A stretch of DNA of 63,635 bases, the filler included, from Octopus bimaculoides (taxonomy: Eukaryota): the NCBI RefSeq assembly GCF_001194135.2. It is 4 parts of 4 records of this genome, joined end to end, with 100 filler letters (N's around TTAATTAATTAA, not from the genome) between each part and the next. Parts side by side here need not be neighbours in the genome. Positions count along the whole stretch, not along the records: positions 25,890 to 57,267 come from NC_068985.1; positions 57,368 to 63,635 come from NC_068982.1; 2 more parts are not named here. The stretch is one strand, 5' to 3'. The notes under the pieces are model-generated. The model searched no databases. It was not told where the DNA came from and saw only the letters and a list, made by a program, of their open reading frames with translations. The position numbers and the translations under genes are program-made. The number at the start of each line of letters is the position of its first letter. The first letter of the stretch is position 1. Of the stretch, positions 52,295 to 63,635 are shown piece by piece.

Positions 52295-54100
52295 TTTATT
52301 CTTTACTGACGACACAAGGTTAAAATACAGTCGACAAGGACAGAGAAAAACACAAAGTGGGTGGAAAAACGAATGAAAAACGATGAAATGTGAAGACATG
52401 AAAGGTGAAATGCCAACCACTCCATCCCCACATTCCAAGTGGCCGCATTGAACTCTTTTTCTTTTAGAAAAACGTTTCTGGTTTGGGTCTCTTTTTCTTT
52501 GTTTTAAACATTTTTTAAAAAGAAAACAGTCAACACACGACCTCTAGTTTGGTCAACACAATGTAGTCAATGATTGGAGGCAGCGGATCACTCAGTACTT
52601 CCTCACCAAAAGGTCCAACGTCCGACTCACACATGTCTCTCAACACACGGTGGCTTTCCCCATCGATGAGTACACATCTCATATGTGGGGAAAAATCCCC
52701 GACAGGCGTGTTCACCCTTATAACTATTTTCATATCTTTAAAATCCTTTTTCAATCTCTTTTGCCACTGTATTGTACATAAATATGAACGCCGATTTTTG
52801 GGAGGGGGAGGGGGAGTTTGATGCTCCTGTATGTATGTTTCTAAATTTGTAGGGGCGGTGTTGGGGTCAATGACTGTTGGGGCAGGACCAGAGCTGGTGT
52901 CTGCGGGGGTAGGTTGGGGTAGAGTGGGAGTAGAGTGAGGGAAGAATGGGGGTTGGGAATGGGCTAGTATCAGGGGAGTGGGTTTTCTTTTTCCTCTTTC
53001 TCTTGGCAAGCGTCGACCATTCGTTCTCTTTTGATTCGTCACTTACCTTCTTTTCCTCCCCGTTTGTCGCTGAAGGCTGCGGATGCCCGATTTCCTTCAC
53101 CTCTGATGGGATCACTGATGCTTTTACAGGAGGTGGAGGGCATTCCGCTCTTATGTGGCCCTTCTGGCCACGCTTGAAACAACAAGGCCCCTTTCCCTCT
53201 ACCACAACCCTCAACCTTTATTCACCCACCAAAATGGTATCTGTGATGCTATCTAGATCATCCGGGGCTGACTGGACAATCATTTCCAGTATCTGCCCCA
53301 GCCAATTCTAAGTTGGTATTCTTGTTGCTTGGAGGATTGATATTCTTTCCTCCATGCCTAATGTTATGGCTGCCACCAGCCAGGCAACGTCCACCTCCGG
53401 TATGATTTCCTCTGTCCTTAACTTGGAAGCGCGCCTTCCAAGGTAAGTTGGTAGTAATATCATCTCGTCTTATGTTCAGGGTGGCAACAGAGTGCTGCCT
53501 GGCACTTTCCTCTGTGTGAAATCGTACCTCTACTGTCACATACTTGTTACCCCTGGCCAGGTACTTGATCTCCGTCCAGATGGGTCCCAAGCACTTTTCG
53601 ATTTGATCCCTCTTTGCCACGTCGAATTTTTCTTCTTTATCAAATATGTCTTGTACGTCACAATATTTGCGAGCACACTCTCCTTCTTCATCATGTTTTT
53701 ATACCTTTTCACGTCCTGCACATTCCACGTTACATCCTCCCCCACAGGGCCTGTCGCAGCCGCAAGACTTTTAAACACTATTTTAGTTTTTTTCCCCTCA
53801 TTTCTCCTGATATCTCCTTCTCTATATTCACCATAGACTCCACCATTTCACTTTCTGACGAATCAGAAAAACTTAACCTTTCATAATCGAAATCCATTTT
53901 CGCAAACAAGCGTTACCCTCCCCCTCAAACAAGGGGAAAATGATAATAGGATCGTCACAAAGCAGTAAAACAATGGTGTATTAACAACACACCCAATAAC
54001 AATGTTCAACAATTCAACAACCGTAATATAACAAGCAAACAAGTGATACGGACCGTAAATAACGACACTAATTCTTGGCGGACAAATTTCGAATGCCAGT
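52295..54100 (-). mobile_element. L1/Tx1-like element with ORF1 only (CCHC knuckle); no ORF2 seen
   Basis: Frameshifted ORF from about 53900 (MDFDYERL...) through QIEKCLGP and VVVEGKGPCCFKRGQKGHIRAEC to a stop at 52530; T-rich 3' region with AATAAA at 52295-52300. Confidence 0.75.
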
Positions 54101-57094
54101 AACACGGTTGATTTTTATACCTATAACTTCGACGAGATTTATGTGGTTTCGCTTTTCATGACAAATGTTTGCGACTGCCACTCACAACGTTCAACGGAGC
54201 TGCATTTTGGCGTCTCGTTTCAGGGAAAATTGGAAGATTACCTGCAATTTGGGTCTCAGCCATAAACCAGCATGTCTTGGAATATTTACACTTACATCCT
54301 CGAAATAAGTTTTCAGAATTTACCATATAAAAATGACATTGGAAAAAATCGCTTTTCTTTTACGGTTCAGTGTACTGTTATACTGCAAGTTAGGATGAGT
54401 TCTTTGTTACACTAGCTAAAACTTCTATTAGTCACTGGCTTTTAAATCAATATCTCCGTATAAATTCTCTGAAAATGATATTGAAATCTGCCTAAAATTT
54501 GTTCAAATGAATTCAAATTCACACTAAAATTTGTGTTGAAGTACATTTTGTTCAAATTTTATAAATGATCATTCCAAAGATACCGACATAATTGCTCGTT
54601 CGCGAGTGAGTAAGAGAATATAAAAAAAAGCGTGACCAGAAGAGTAGTGTAACGTGAAGTATATTTACATAAGCGGGGGAACGCATTTATGGAATTATTC
54701 ATAGACTTCAAAAATGTAGAGAAATGCAAAATGTAGAGAAATACAAACGCGAAACAATCTCCAGTCGCTTAAAACTAGCAAAATATCAGACCCAGATGGT
54801 AAAATGTCTTGATATAAACGATTCTTAAAATAACATTGTTAACCCAGTTCCCATCTCGACTATTCTTTACAATATTTATGACTTCAGGACCGTCTCTCAA
54901 TCGATATAGTTCAGTGGTGCGTATAATAATTTTTGTGAACTAATCACATGTCACCTGTACTGTCAATAACCTTACGGTAAAGTTCCTCAAAAGATCTCAT
55001 GTATCACTTTCGTCGTTTCAATTTCCACTTAATCATCGATACATTGTCTATAGAGAAAGCCTTCTTCACCCGTGTTATCAAACTGTTTCTACACCTTTAT
55101 ATATATATTCTTATATTTTTAATATTTGTGCATGTTGACGTGCTCACTATCATTTCTTACATTTTCGCACATCATTGTTGACACACTATCTACGAAGGTT
55201 ATATATTCCTGAACTGTTTCCATAACGAGAAATCTAAATTTAATTGATGCTGCAAGAACATTGTAAATATCGCACTTCAAGAGCCCCAAACTACATATGG
55301 AAACGTCTTATAATGCACTTCCGTATATGTCGACGAGCAAACGTATCACAATCACTCTGTTGGGAAAACTGTGAAGTAAATATTGACATTTTTTTCATTT
55401 TCCTCTCACTAATAGTTTTTTCTTTAAAATTGTCTACAAATAACATATCGTTTTAAATATGTGCATTACCGATACTTCGACACATTACACTTTACTTATC
55501 AAAAAAATCATGACGATTGATTCAGAAAGCATAATTTCACTGTATATATTGTTAGAATTTGCTTCGATGAAAGTAGAATCGTCTACAAAGTCATTATTTC
55601 ATTGATTAAAATCACTTCAGCTCTAAAGAGAAATGTTACTTTGACATAATTTTGGGGATGTATTTTCCTTAGGGGACTGAAAAGAGAAAATTCTTCTAAG
55701 TCAATTGTTTATTATACGAAGAAATTTGACTCGTTTTCGAACATCTTTTGGAACATTTAAGTAAATGGATTGGACAAAGTTTACGCTATAAATGTTACTA
55801 TCGAGATTTAAGATTTTCTAATCCCAACTTACGCCAATGTGCGTTAGTTCATGAACATGCATGTAGACGTGCATTTTATTGGAGAGTTTATAGGATGGAA
55901 AGTTCTAACGTGTAAGCAACGAACGTTGAATAATTTAAATACATCCGCACTTCAATAAAGATAAGAAACACGTGCGCAAGCTCTGTTTTATTGATGAATT
56001 ATAGCAGTTATTTTTATAACCGCTTCTGTATTCTTTATTTTTAATAAACTGTCAGTGTTTCATAGCTGCTAAGATAGTAGTTTCACAGCTGAACCCAATG
56101 GTGGCAAGTTGTAAATTCAGGTACTGATTGGACAGTTTTATCTCTCTACGACCTTCTTTAATGGCGTTTGCAGTAAAAAATAATATTTCCCCAGGCATGC
56201 AGCTATGTGAAATTGAAAACTGTACAAGAATTCCAATCACTTGTTGCTATGCAATAGCGTGAGGAATATTTATGATTAAACAGAAAAGAATATCATTTAT
56301 TTCCTAGTGCGAGTCCATCAGCACTTAAACGTACTTAAGGAATGGATATAAAAAAAGTATAAATTAAGCTATCACCATTATAAATTTATTTGTTTTTGCA
56401 ATATATTTTTCGGTTTAATCATTTTATATCTTGAAGTGATGTTCTCTCTCTTTTTTTCCCTCCATATGATCATAAAAACGAATATAAAGCTACATTGTCA
56501 TTAGGAAAATAATTTACATTGAATATAAATGAGTTTATCGAGTTTGGTGAATTTAATATTTTTGTTGGCGCTATATTTTATTGCTGGCCCTCTGTTTTGG
56601 CTAGTCGTTCATTTTAATTGCGTTTAAATCATTTCAAAAGTCTGCTTAAAATGGATAAACAAAACATTACTCCTAAAATAATTAAAAGTTCTTGAAATGC
56701 TATCAAATTCAATAAACACTTAAACTTCACTCTCGAATTCAATCAATAGAAAGTAGCTACCTCTCAATTTACACATTACGTTTTCTCTTTCAGTGTTACA
56801 AAGCCATATTTAAAGTATATTACCATGCACATTCGCAAGTAAAAAGAAAGAAACGTATATATAAGTACAAATGCATTAATAGACCATAAATATAGAATTT
56901 CTTTGATTGCACCATTCGCACACGACTCACAGAGGCAGTTACACACACACATATACGCAATTATATATATATTTGTTTTGCAAGAGTCTTGATGTGAAAT
57001 CGTGTGTTGAAACAGATATTGTTATATTTGGGGTCGGTCATCTTCTGCTAATTAAACAAACGCACTATTTATTTCATCTTCATTATTATTATTA

Positions 57095-57156
<62 letters not shown>

Positions 57157-57162
57157 TTATTT

Positions 57163-57205
57163 GTCAGAGGACTTTCGTCACACATTCTGTGACATCCCCA
57201 GCACC
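57163..57205 (-). ncRNA. Degenerate hammerhead-like motif next to a (TAA)n tract
   Basis: aggtg CTGGGGA t gtcaca-gaatg-tgtgac GAAA GTC ctct: perfect stem II, but A6 mutated, C15.2 missing and stem I mismatched. Confidence 0.35.
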
Positions 57206-57522
57206 TTTCTGTCCCACTTGTCTCCCTTTGTTCTGCCTTTTCCATTTTGTCTTTCTGTGATATACCANNNNNNNNNNNNNNNNNNNNNNNNNNNNNNNNN
57301 NNNNNNNNNNNTTAATTAATTAANNNNNNNNNNNNNNNNNNNNNNNNNNNNNNNNNNNNNNNNNNNNGAGAGAGAGAGAGAGAGAGAGAGAGAGGGCGCG
57401 TAAAGTATTAGAGGACATACTTCTTGGGGGTCACTGCAGCATGTTTTCCTTAATTTGTATAATCTTTGTTTTAGAAAATAATAATGCCAGACCTTCAGCT
57501 TACTCAAGAAATGAAGGGGCAT

Positions 57523-58505
57523 CAAATCAAATCAAATTTATTGGCAGGAGAAGAGCACAATGTGCCATTGGAGACGTTCCTTATACGTAAGCTTAGACAA
57601 GCCCGCGACCATTCGGGTGGCTAAGTGCTGAACCCATTCCAGTTGCTGAATGTCTTTCTGGAGATATGGGGTTCAGAGCTGGATGCAATATTCGAGGATG
57701 GATCGAACTATAGTGACGTATAAAGGCCAAAAGACGTCCATTGAAAGGTTGACAATGGACCGGTAGATGAGGAAAAGATTCCTTCTGGCTTTGTTCGCCA
57801 TCTCGATACACTGCCGTGTTGGTTTGAAAGTAGTATCGATCATTATGCCGAGATACTTTTCTTCAGTGACCATTTTAAAATGCTGGAGTTTGAGGCCAAT
57901 AGTCAAGGGAGAATTTGGAGGTGAACTTATTGGAAAATGGTTGCATTTTGAAGTGTTCAATGGCAGATTCCATTATTCCGCCCAGTTCTAAGCTCGGTTT
58001 AGCGACGATTGGAGTATGTCGTATTGATTCCTAAGTGAGAAAAATTTGACATCGTCTGCAAATAGGAGAACTCTTCCATCAAGAAAATCTGACAGGTCGT
58101 TGATATAGAGAAGGAAAAATATTGGCCCCAGTACCGACCGCTGGGGAACGCCGCTGCAGGCATTCGTCTCCGCGGAGTGATCTCCATTTATCTGCACCCG
58201 AAAGGTTCAATGGCTCAGGAAGGAAGAAATTCATGAAGTCATCAATTGGTGAATCTTGTATGCCTAAAGTTTGCGCAAGAGAAGTCGATGATTGAGGGAG
58301 TCAAACGCCTTTGCGAAGTCCAAAAATACCACGTCCACCGAGTCTTTTTCATCCATGATCCTTGTAATCCACTCTTCAAGAAGGAGAAGATTTGTAAGGA
58401 AAGATCTTGGGAGTAGAAATCCATGCTGCTAGTCGGATATAGCATTTGAAGTAAGTAGATGGTTCATGAGAGATTTCTTGACAATGGTCTCCATGATTTT
58501 GCAGA
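57523..58505 (-). mobile_element. CR1-group LINE, 5'-truncated RT fragment with (TTTGA)n tail
   Basis: LDFAKAFDS, SGVPQRSVLGPIFFLLYINDL, LFADDVK, EEKYLGIMID, YVTIVRSILEYC; AATAAA then tttgatttgatttgat. Confidence 0.92.
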
Positions 58506-58559
58506 TGTTATTGTGGTTATAAAGGCTAAGCATAACGATTTAGAAAGATCTCGAGTTTT

Positions 58560-59611
58560 TAAAGTTGCCAGATCTTTCGCCTACAAAGTTTGTAGAGAGC
58601 TTAGAGATTGAAGACAGAAACGTATCACCATTAACAAAGCATAAAAAGCATTCTAAACGCTCCGAAATCATCAGAACACTGGAATGTATCCAGCAAGTTC
58701 AACAGACCATTGATTACAATCCCAGAAAATCCATGACGTCAATTGCAAAAAGTCTCCATGTGTCAAAAGGAATGTTGTCCACGAAGACATCGGATATAAG
58801 TCTTATATGATGAGGAAAGGTCAATTCGTCAGAAAAAGGAAAACAAACTCACTACCTCAGATCTAAAAGGCTCTAAAACAAACTGAATAATCAAGCAGAA
58901 GATTTGATTTGGCTTTTCTCAAACGAGAAAACCATTGGCCAAGATCAAAAAGTTAACAGAAGAAATGACAGACGGTTATGTGCAGACCCTTCTAAAGTTC
59001 CAAGAGTTATGCATACAAAATTTCCTGTAACTGTCATGGTTTTAGGGGTTGTTAGCAATGAAGGAAAAGTGACGCTCCTTACTTCTTTCAGCAAGGCTTT
59101 AGAATAAACTCTGCCGCCTACATTGTGGTCCTGGAAATAATAGTTAAACCGTGGAGAGACTGTGTATGCAATGGAAGGCCAGATGTGTTTCAGTAAGACT
59201 CTGCGCTATCACACATGGCTCTAATAACACAAGAATGGAGGGCTGAAAGTTGTCATGCTCATATAATTCCTAACATTTGGCCTCCTAATCCTCCGGATCT
59301 CAATCCATTGGATTATTACAGGTGGATCGTTGTTGAGAGAGAGGTCAATGAACACGCCCATAACACCTAATATTCTTTGAAAGCTGCCATAATCAGAGTA
59401 ATGTCCAAAATGAACTAGGACCATTTGATTCGAGCATGTAGATGATTTAGAAGCGGTTGTTGAAGCTGAAGGTAGCTTTATCGAATAACATTATAGAAGA
59501 AAAGGTTTATTATTATCCTCATAGCATTTTTTGATTAACTTATTATTTGTTGTTATATATCTGTTCTTTTTTATAAACATAAATCTGTCCTCACATATCC
59601 TACGCACCCTG
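58560..59611 (+). mobile_element. Tc1/mariner DD37D (maT-like) transposase pseudogene with right TIR
   Basis: NPRKSMTSIAK, WLFSNEK, HTKFPVTVMVLGVVS, FQ*DSA, WPPNPPDLNPLDYY; ends ...gcaccctg then TA. Confidence 0.88.
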
Positions 59612-60539
59612 TATGTATGTATGTGTGTANNNNNNNNNNNNNNNNNNNNNNNNNNNNNNNNNNNNNNNNNNNNNNNNNNNNNNNNNNNNNNNNNNNNNNN
59701 NNNNNNNNNNNNNNNNNNNNNNNNNNNNNNNNNNNNNNNNNNNNNNNNNNNNNNNNNNNNNNNNNNNNNNNNNNNNNNNNNNNNNNNNNNNNNNNNNNNN
59801 NNNNNNNNNNNNNNNNNNNNNNNNNNNNNNNNNNNNNNNNNNNNNNNNNNNNNNNNNNNNNNNNNNNNNNNNNNNNNNNNNNNNNNNNNNNNNNNNNNNN
59901 NNNNNNNNNNNNNNNNNNNNNNNNNNNNNNNNNNNNNNNNNNNNNNNNNNNNNNNNNNNNNNNNNNNNNNNNNNNNNNNNNNNNNNNNNNNNNNNNNNNN
60001 NNNNNNNNNNNNNNNNNNNNNNNNNNNNNNNNNNNNNNNNNNNNNNNNNNNNNNNNNNNNNNNNNNNNNNNNNNNNNNNNNNNNNNNNNNNNNNNNNNNN
60101 NNNNNNNNNNNNNNNNNNNNNNNNNNNNNNNNNNNNNNNNNNNNNNNNNNNNNNNNNNNNNNNNNNNNNNNNNNNNNNNNNNNNNNNNNNNNNNNNNNNN
60201 NNNNNNNNNNNNNNNNNNNNNNNNNNNNNNNNNNNNNNNNNNNNNNNNNNNNNNNNNNNNNNNNNNNNNNNNNNNNNNNNNNNNNNNNNNNNNNNNNNNN
60301 NNNNNNNNNNNNNNNNNNNNNNNNNNNNNNNNNNNNNNNNNNNNNNNNNNNNNNNNNNNNNNNNNNNNNNNNNNNNNNNNNNNNNNNNNNNNNNNNNNNN
60401 NNNNNNNNNNNNNNNNNNNNNNNNNNNNNNNNNNNNNNNNNNNNNNNNNNNNNNNNNNNNNNNNNNNNNNNNNNNNNNNNNNNNNNNNNNNNNNNNNNNN
60501 NNNTATATATACTTTTAGGGAGTTTTTACCTGTGATTTT

Positions 60540-60770
60540 GGATTTTTTATAGTTCAAAGTTACAGAAAAAATAGACGAAGATAGGTGCAGGAACAACAAG
60601 CAGGTGTATTAGTTAAATGCTCGGGGAAAATGGAAAAGTCTTTTACATTTCGAGCCTACGCTCTTCGGCAGAAAGGATGAAGGGGGTAAAATAGAGAGAG
60701 AATGAAAAATAAAAAGCAGAAAAAAAAATGTGCAGAGTTCAAAGCTTCAACATGGCGAGATGACTGAAAA
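60540..60770 (-). mobile_element. Family H2 hammerhead-bearing repeat, second copy
   Basis: Reverse complement homologous to 21820-22060; motif at 60640-60675: cttt CTGCCGA a gagc-gtag-gctc GAAA tGTA aaag. Confidence 0.75.
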
Positions 60771-60833
60771 AAAGAGGCTGCATGAAAAGGAGATAATAAT
60801 AATGATGATGATGATGATGATAATAATAATAAT

Positions 60834-62452
60834 AAGGATACAACATACACAAATGAAAGAAAAAATAAAGAAGGAGTACTATAGACGAGTTAGATCAATA
60901 CTAAAAACAGAGCTCAATGCTAAAAACAAGATAACGGGTATCAACACTTTAGCTGTCCCAGTTATAAGCTACAGCTACAAAATCCTTAACTGGACACTAA
61001 ACGAACTATGTAAAATAGACAGGAAAACAAGAAATATAATGACAGGGTATAGGATGCACCACCCAAAATCTGACATAGAAAGGCTATATATACAACGCAT
61101 AGAAGGTGGCAGGAGTCTTATACAGCTGGAAAACTATTATAAAATAAGCACCATAGGACTGCAAAAATACCTACTCCAGAAGCAAGGAAAACTAATACAA
61201 ANNNNNNNNNNNNNNNNNNNNNNNNNNNNNNNNNNNNNNNNNNNNNNNNNNNNNNNNNNNNNNNNNNNNNNNNNNNNNNNNNNNNNNNNNNNNNNNNNNN
61301 NNNNNNNNNNNNNNNNNNNNNNNNNNNNNNNNNNNNNNNNNNNNNNNNNNNNNNNNNNNNNNNNNNNNNNNNNNNNNNNNNNNNNNNNNNNNNNNNNNNN
61401 NNNNNNNNNNNNNNNNNNNNNNNNNNNNNNNNNNNNNNNNNNNNNNNNNNNNNNNNNNNNNNNNNNNNNNNNNNNNNNNNNNNNNNNNNNNNNNNNNNNN
61501 NNNNNNNNNNNNNNNNNNNNNNNNNNNNNNNNNNNNNNNNNNNNNNNNNNNNNNNNNNNNNNNNNNNNNNNNNNNNNNNNNNNNNNNNNNNNNNNNNNNN
61601 NNNNNNNNNNNNNNNNNNNNNNNNNNNNNNNNNNNNNNNNNNNNNNNNNNNNNNNNNNNNNNNNNNNNNNNNNNNNNNNNNNNNNNNNNNNNNNNNNNNN
61701 NNNNNNNNNNNNNNNNNNNNNNNNNNNNNNNNNNNNNNNNNNNNNNNNNNNNNNNNNNNNNNNNNNNNNNNNNNNNNNNNNNNNNNNNNNNNNNNNNNNN
61801 NNNNNNNNNNNNNNNNNNNNNNNNNNNNNNNNNNNNNNNNNNNNNNNNNNNNNNNNNNNNNNNNNNNNNNNNNNNNNNNNNNNNNNNNNNNNNNNNNNNN
61901 NNNNNNNNNNNNNNNNNNNNNNNNNNNNNNNNNNNNNNNNNNNNNNNNNNNNNNNNNNNNNNNNNNNNNNNNNNNNNNNNNNNNNNNNNNNNNNNNNNNN
62001 NNNNNNNNNNNNNNNNNNNNNNNNNNNNNNNNNNNNNNNNNNNNNNNNNNNNNNNNNNNNNNNNNNNNNNNNNNNNNNNNNNNNNNNNNNNNNNNNNNNN
62101 NNNNNNNNNNNNNNNNNNNNNNNNNNNNNNNNNNNNNNNNNNNNNNNNNNNNNNNNNNNNNAGAGATAACTCGAATGTGGAATCTAAAAACAGAAACAAT
62201 TCCTATCATAGTAGGTGCCTTAGGTATAATAAAAAAAATATTCAGACAAATACATAACAAAAATACCAGGACTTACAAATATATATAACATACAGAAAAT
62301 TGCACTACTGGGTACTGCACACATTTTACGCAAAACACTTTCAATACAATAAACATAAGATCACCACAGCAAACCACAGCACATACCCAAGGCGCACAGA
62401 GCTGCGCTCGGTAGTGAAGTGAAAGCACGTTATAAAAATAAAACTACTGAAC

Positions 62453-62488
<36 letters not shown>

Positions 62489-62489
62489 T
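60834..62489 (+). mobile_element. R4/Dong-like (restriction-like endonuclease) non-LTR retrotransposon, 5'-truncated, within (TAA)n
   Basis: KEYYRRVRSILKTELNAKNK, IDRKTR, HPKSDIERLY..R.EGGR.L; after the gap MWNLKTETIPIIVGALG...KIALLGTAHILRK* (stop 62352); 3' UTR then (AAT)n. Confidence 0.85.
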
Positions 62490-62920
62490 AATCATAATAA
62501 GAACGATAACGGTGACCCCCAATGAACCAAGGTGCGCAAGTGTGTGTGTATATATGTGAGAATGGTGTGTGTGTGAGTGTGTATGTCTGAATGGGGCGAG
62601 TGAATACGGTTGTCCGGGCGAAGGTGTGTGTATCTATGTCTTTGTGTTTATGGACGAGTGTATATGTGTGAGTATGCGTATGGACGTGTGTATATGCGTG
62701 AGACTAATGTGTGTGTGTGTGTCTGTGTGTTTGTGTTGTGTAGCCATTAATGTGTGCTCGTTCAGGTGATGTGTGCACGTGTGTATGTGTGACTATATCT
62801 GTGACCAAATAGTGTGCATGTGTACAGTGTATGTTTCTGGGTGAACGTTATCTTTGTCTATGCGTGTTGCGTGCGTATGTATATATTGTCTGTGTCCAGG
62901 TATTACGTGCTTTTGTGACT

Positions 62921-63014
62921 GTGGGTTGTCCATGATGGTGTGTGGTGTGTCTACAGTGTGTGTGGCTGTGGGTTGTCCATGATGGTGTGTGGTGTGTCTA
63001 CAGTTTGTGTGGCT
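62921..63014. repeat. 47-bp tandem duplication in GT-rich DNA
   Basis: gtgggttgtccatgatggtgtgtggtgtgtctacagtgtgtgtggct twice, one mismatch. Confidence 0.9.
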
Positions 63015-63595
63015 GCTCATATAGTGGTATGTGTAGTGGTGCTATTAAAGATTATATGTCGGTGTGTAGATAATGTGTGATGTGGGTGATGAGAAGTATT
63101 CGGTGCTAGTGTGTGTGGAGTCGGAAGGTGTTTGGGGGTGTGGATGTAATGGTGTTTGAAGTGAGTAATGAGTTGATGTGTATATATTAAAACTAAGAGT
63201 GGAAAATTTGGTCGGAGGTATTTGGTCTGCAGAATTTGTTCTTTATCTGAATATAAATACATATTCTGTATATGAATATATATTGAAAATCCAATCCGGT
63301 AATGAAGCACCTGTAACATGGAATTAAAGTAGTACCAAGTTTTCCACTCCTTGTTTTAAAATACACTCACTCTGCATATATGTTTCACAACAGATTTCAA
63401 CTCGAAAATATATCTCATTTAAAGTAAAACATCTATACAAACTTTGATTACTGGAACTATCTGATGTGCTTGGATTGTGACCCTTTCTATATCATATATA
63501 TAGAAAAATAGATATACATACACACACACACACATCCACACACACATATATATACATGCATATATAGATTCACATGCACGACCATATTCATCTTA

Positions 63596-63635
<40 letters not shown>

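Noticed and set aside
56050-56240. Short ORF or possible exon in non-repeat DNA
   Set aside because: No recognisable domain; weak splice signals expected by chance
6934-62260. Long ORFs made mostly of X, and poly-YI/SL/VC/RE ORFs
   Set aside because: Produced by N gaps and di/tri-nucleotide microsatellites
63100-63420. Possible PLE C-terminal remnant on the minus strand
   Set aside because: Similarity too weak to call by eye

Overview
AT-rich, repeat-saturated eukaryotic scaffold segment with about 20 N-gaps (roughly 8-9 kb, mostly collapsed microsatellites). The SINE/LINE repertoire and microsatellite load point to an octopus/coleoid cephalopod genome (inference). No intact host protein-coding gene could be identified; nearly all long ORFs in the track are gap or microsatellite artefacts. 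The sequence is a patchwork of decayed mobile elements: Penelope-like elements (RT, GIY-YIG), L1/Tx1-like LINEs (including a possible ORF1-only copy), RTE, CR1-group and R4/Dong-like LINEs, several mariner/Tc1/DD37D transposases and many tRNA-derived SINEs. Most interesting: (1) six minimal type I hammerhead-ribozyme-like motifs in four repeat families, one in an element with a tRNA-like Pol III head and one family with a shared non-canonical core; (2) a CpG-depletion boundary near 17 kb, visible in copies of one SINE family, next to a candidate minus-strand exon and a promoter-like motif cluster at 20.3 kb; (3) a Penelope element with twin-priming-like 5' inversion geometry; (4) a roughly 1.7 kb nested inverted-repeat structure at 15.1-16.9 kb. 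Element boundaries are approximate, read by eye.
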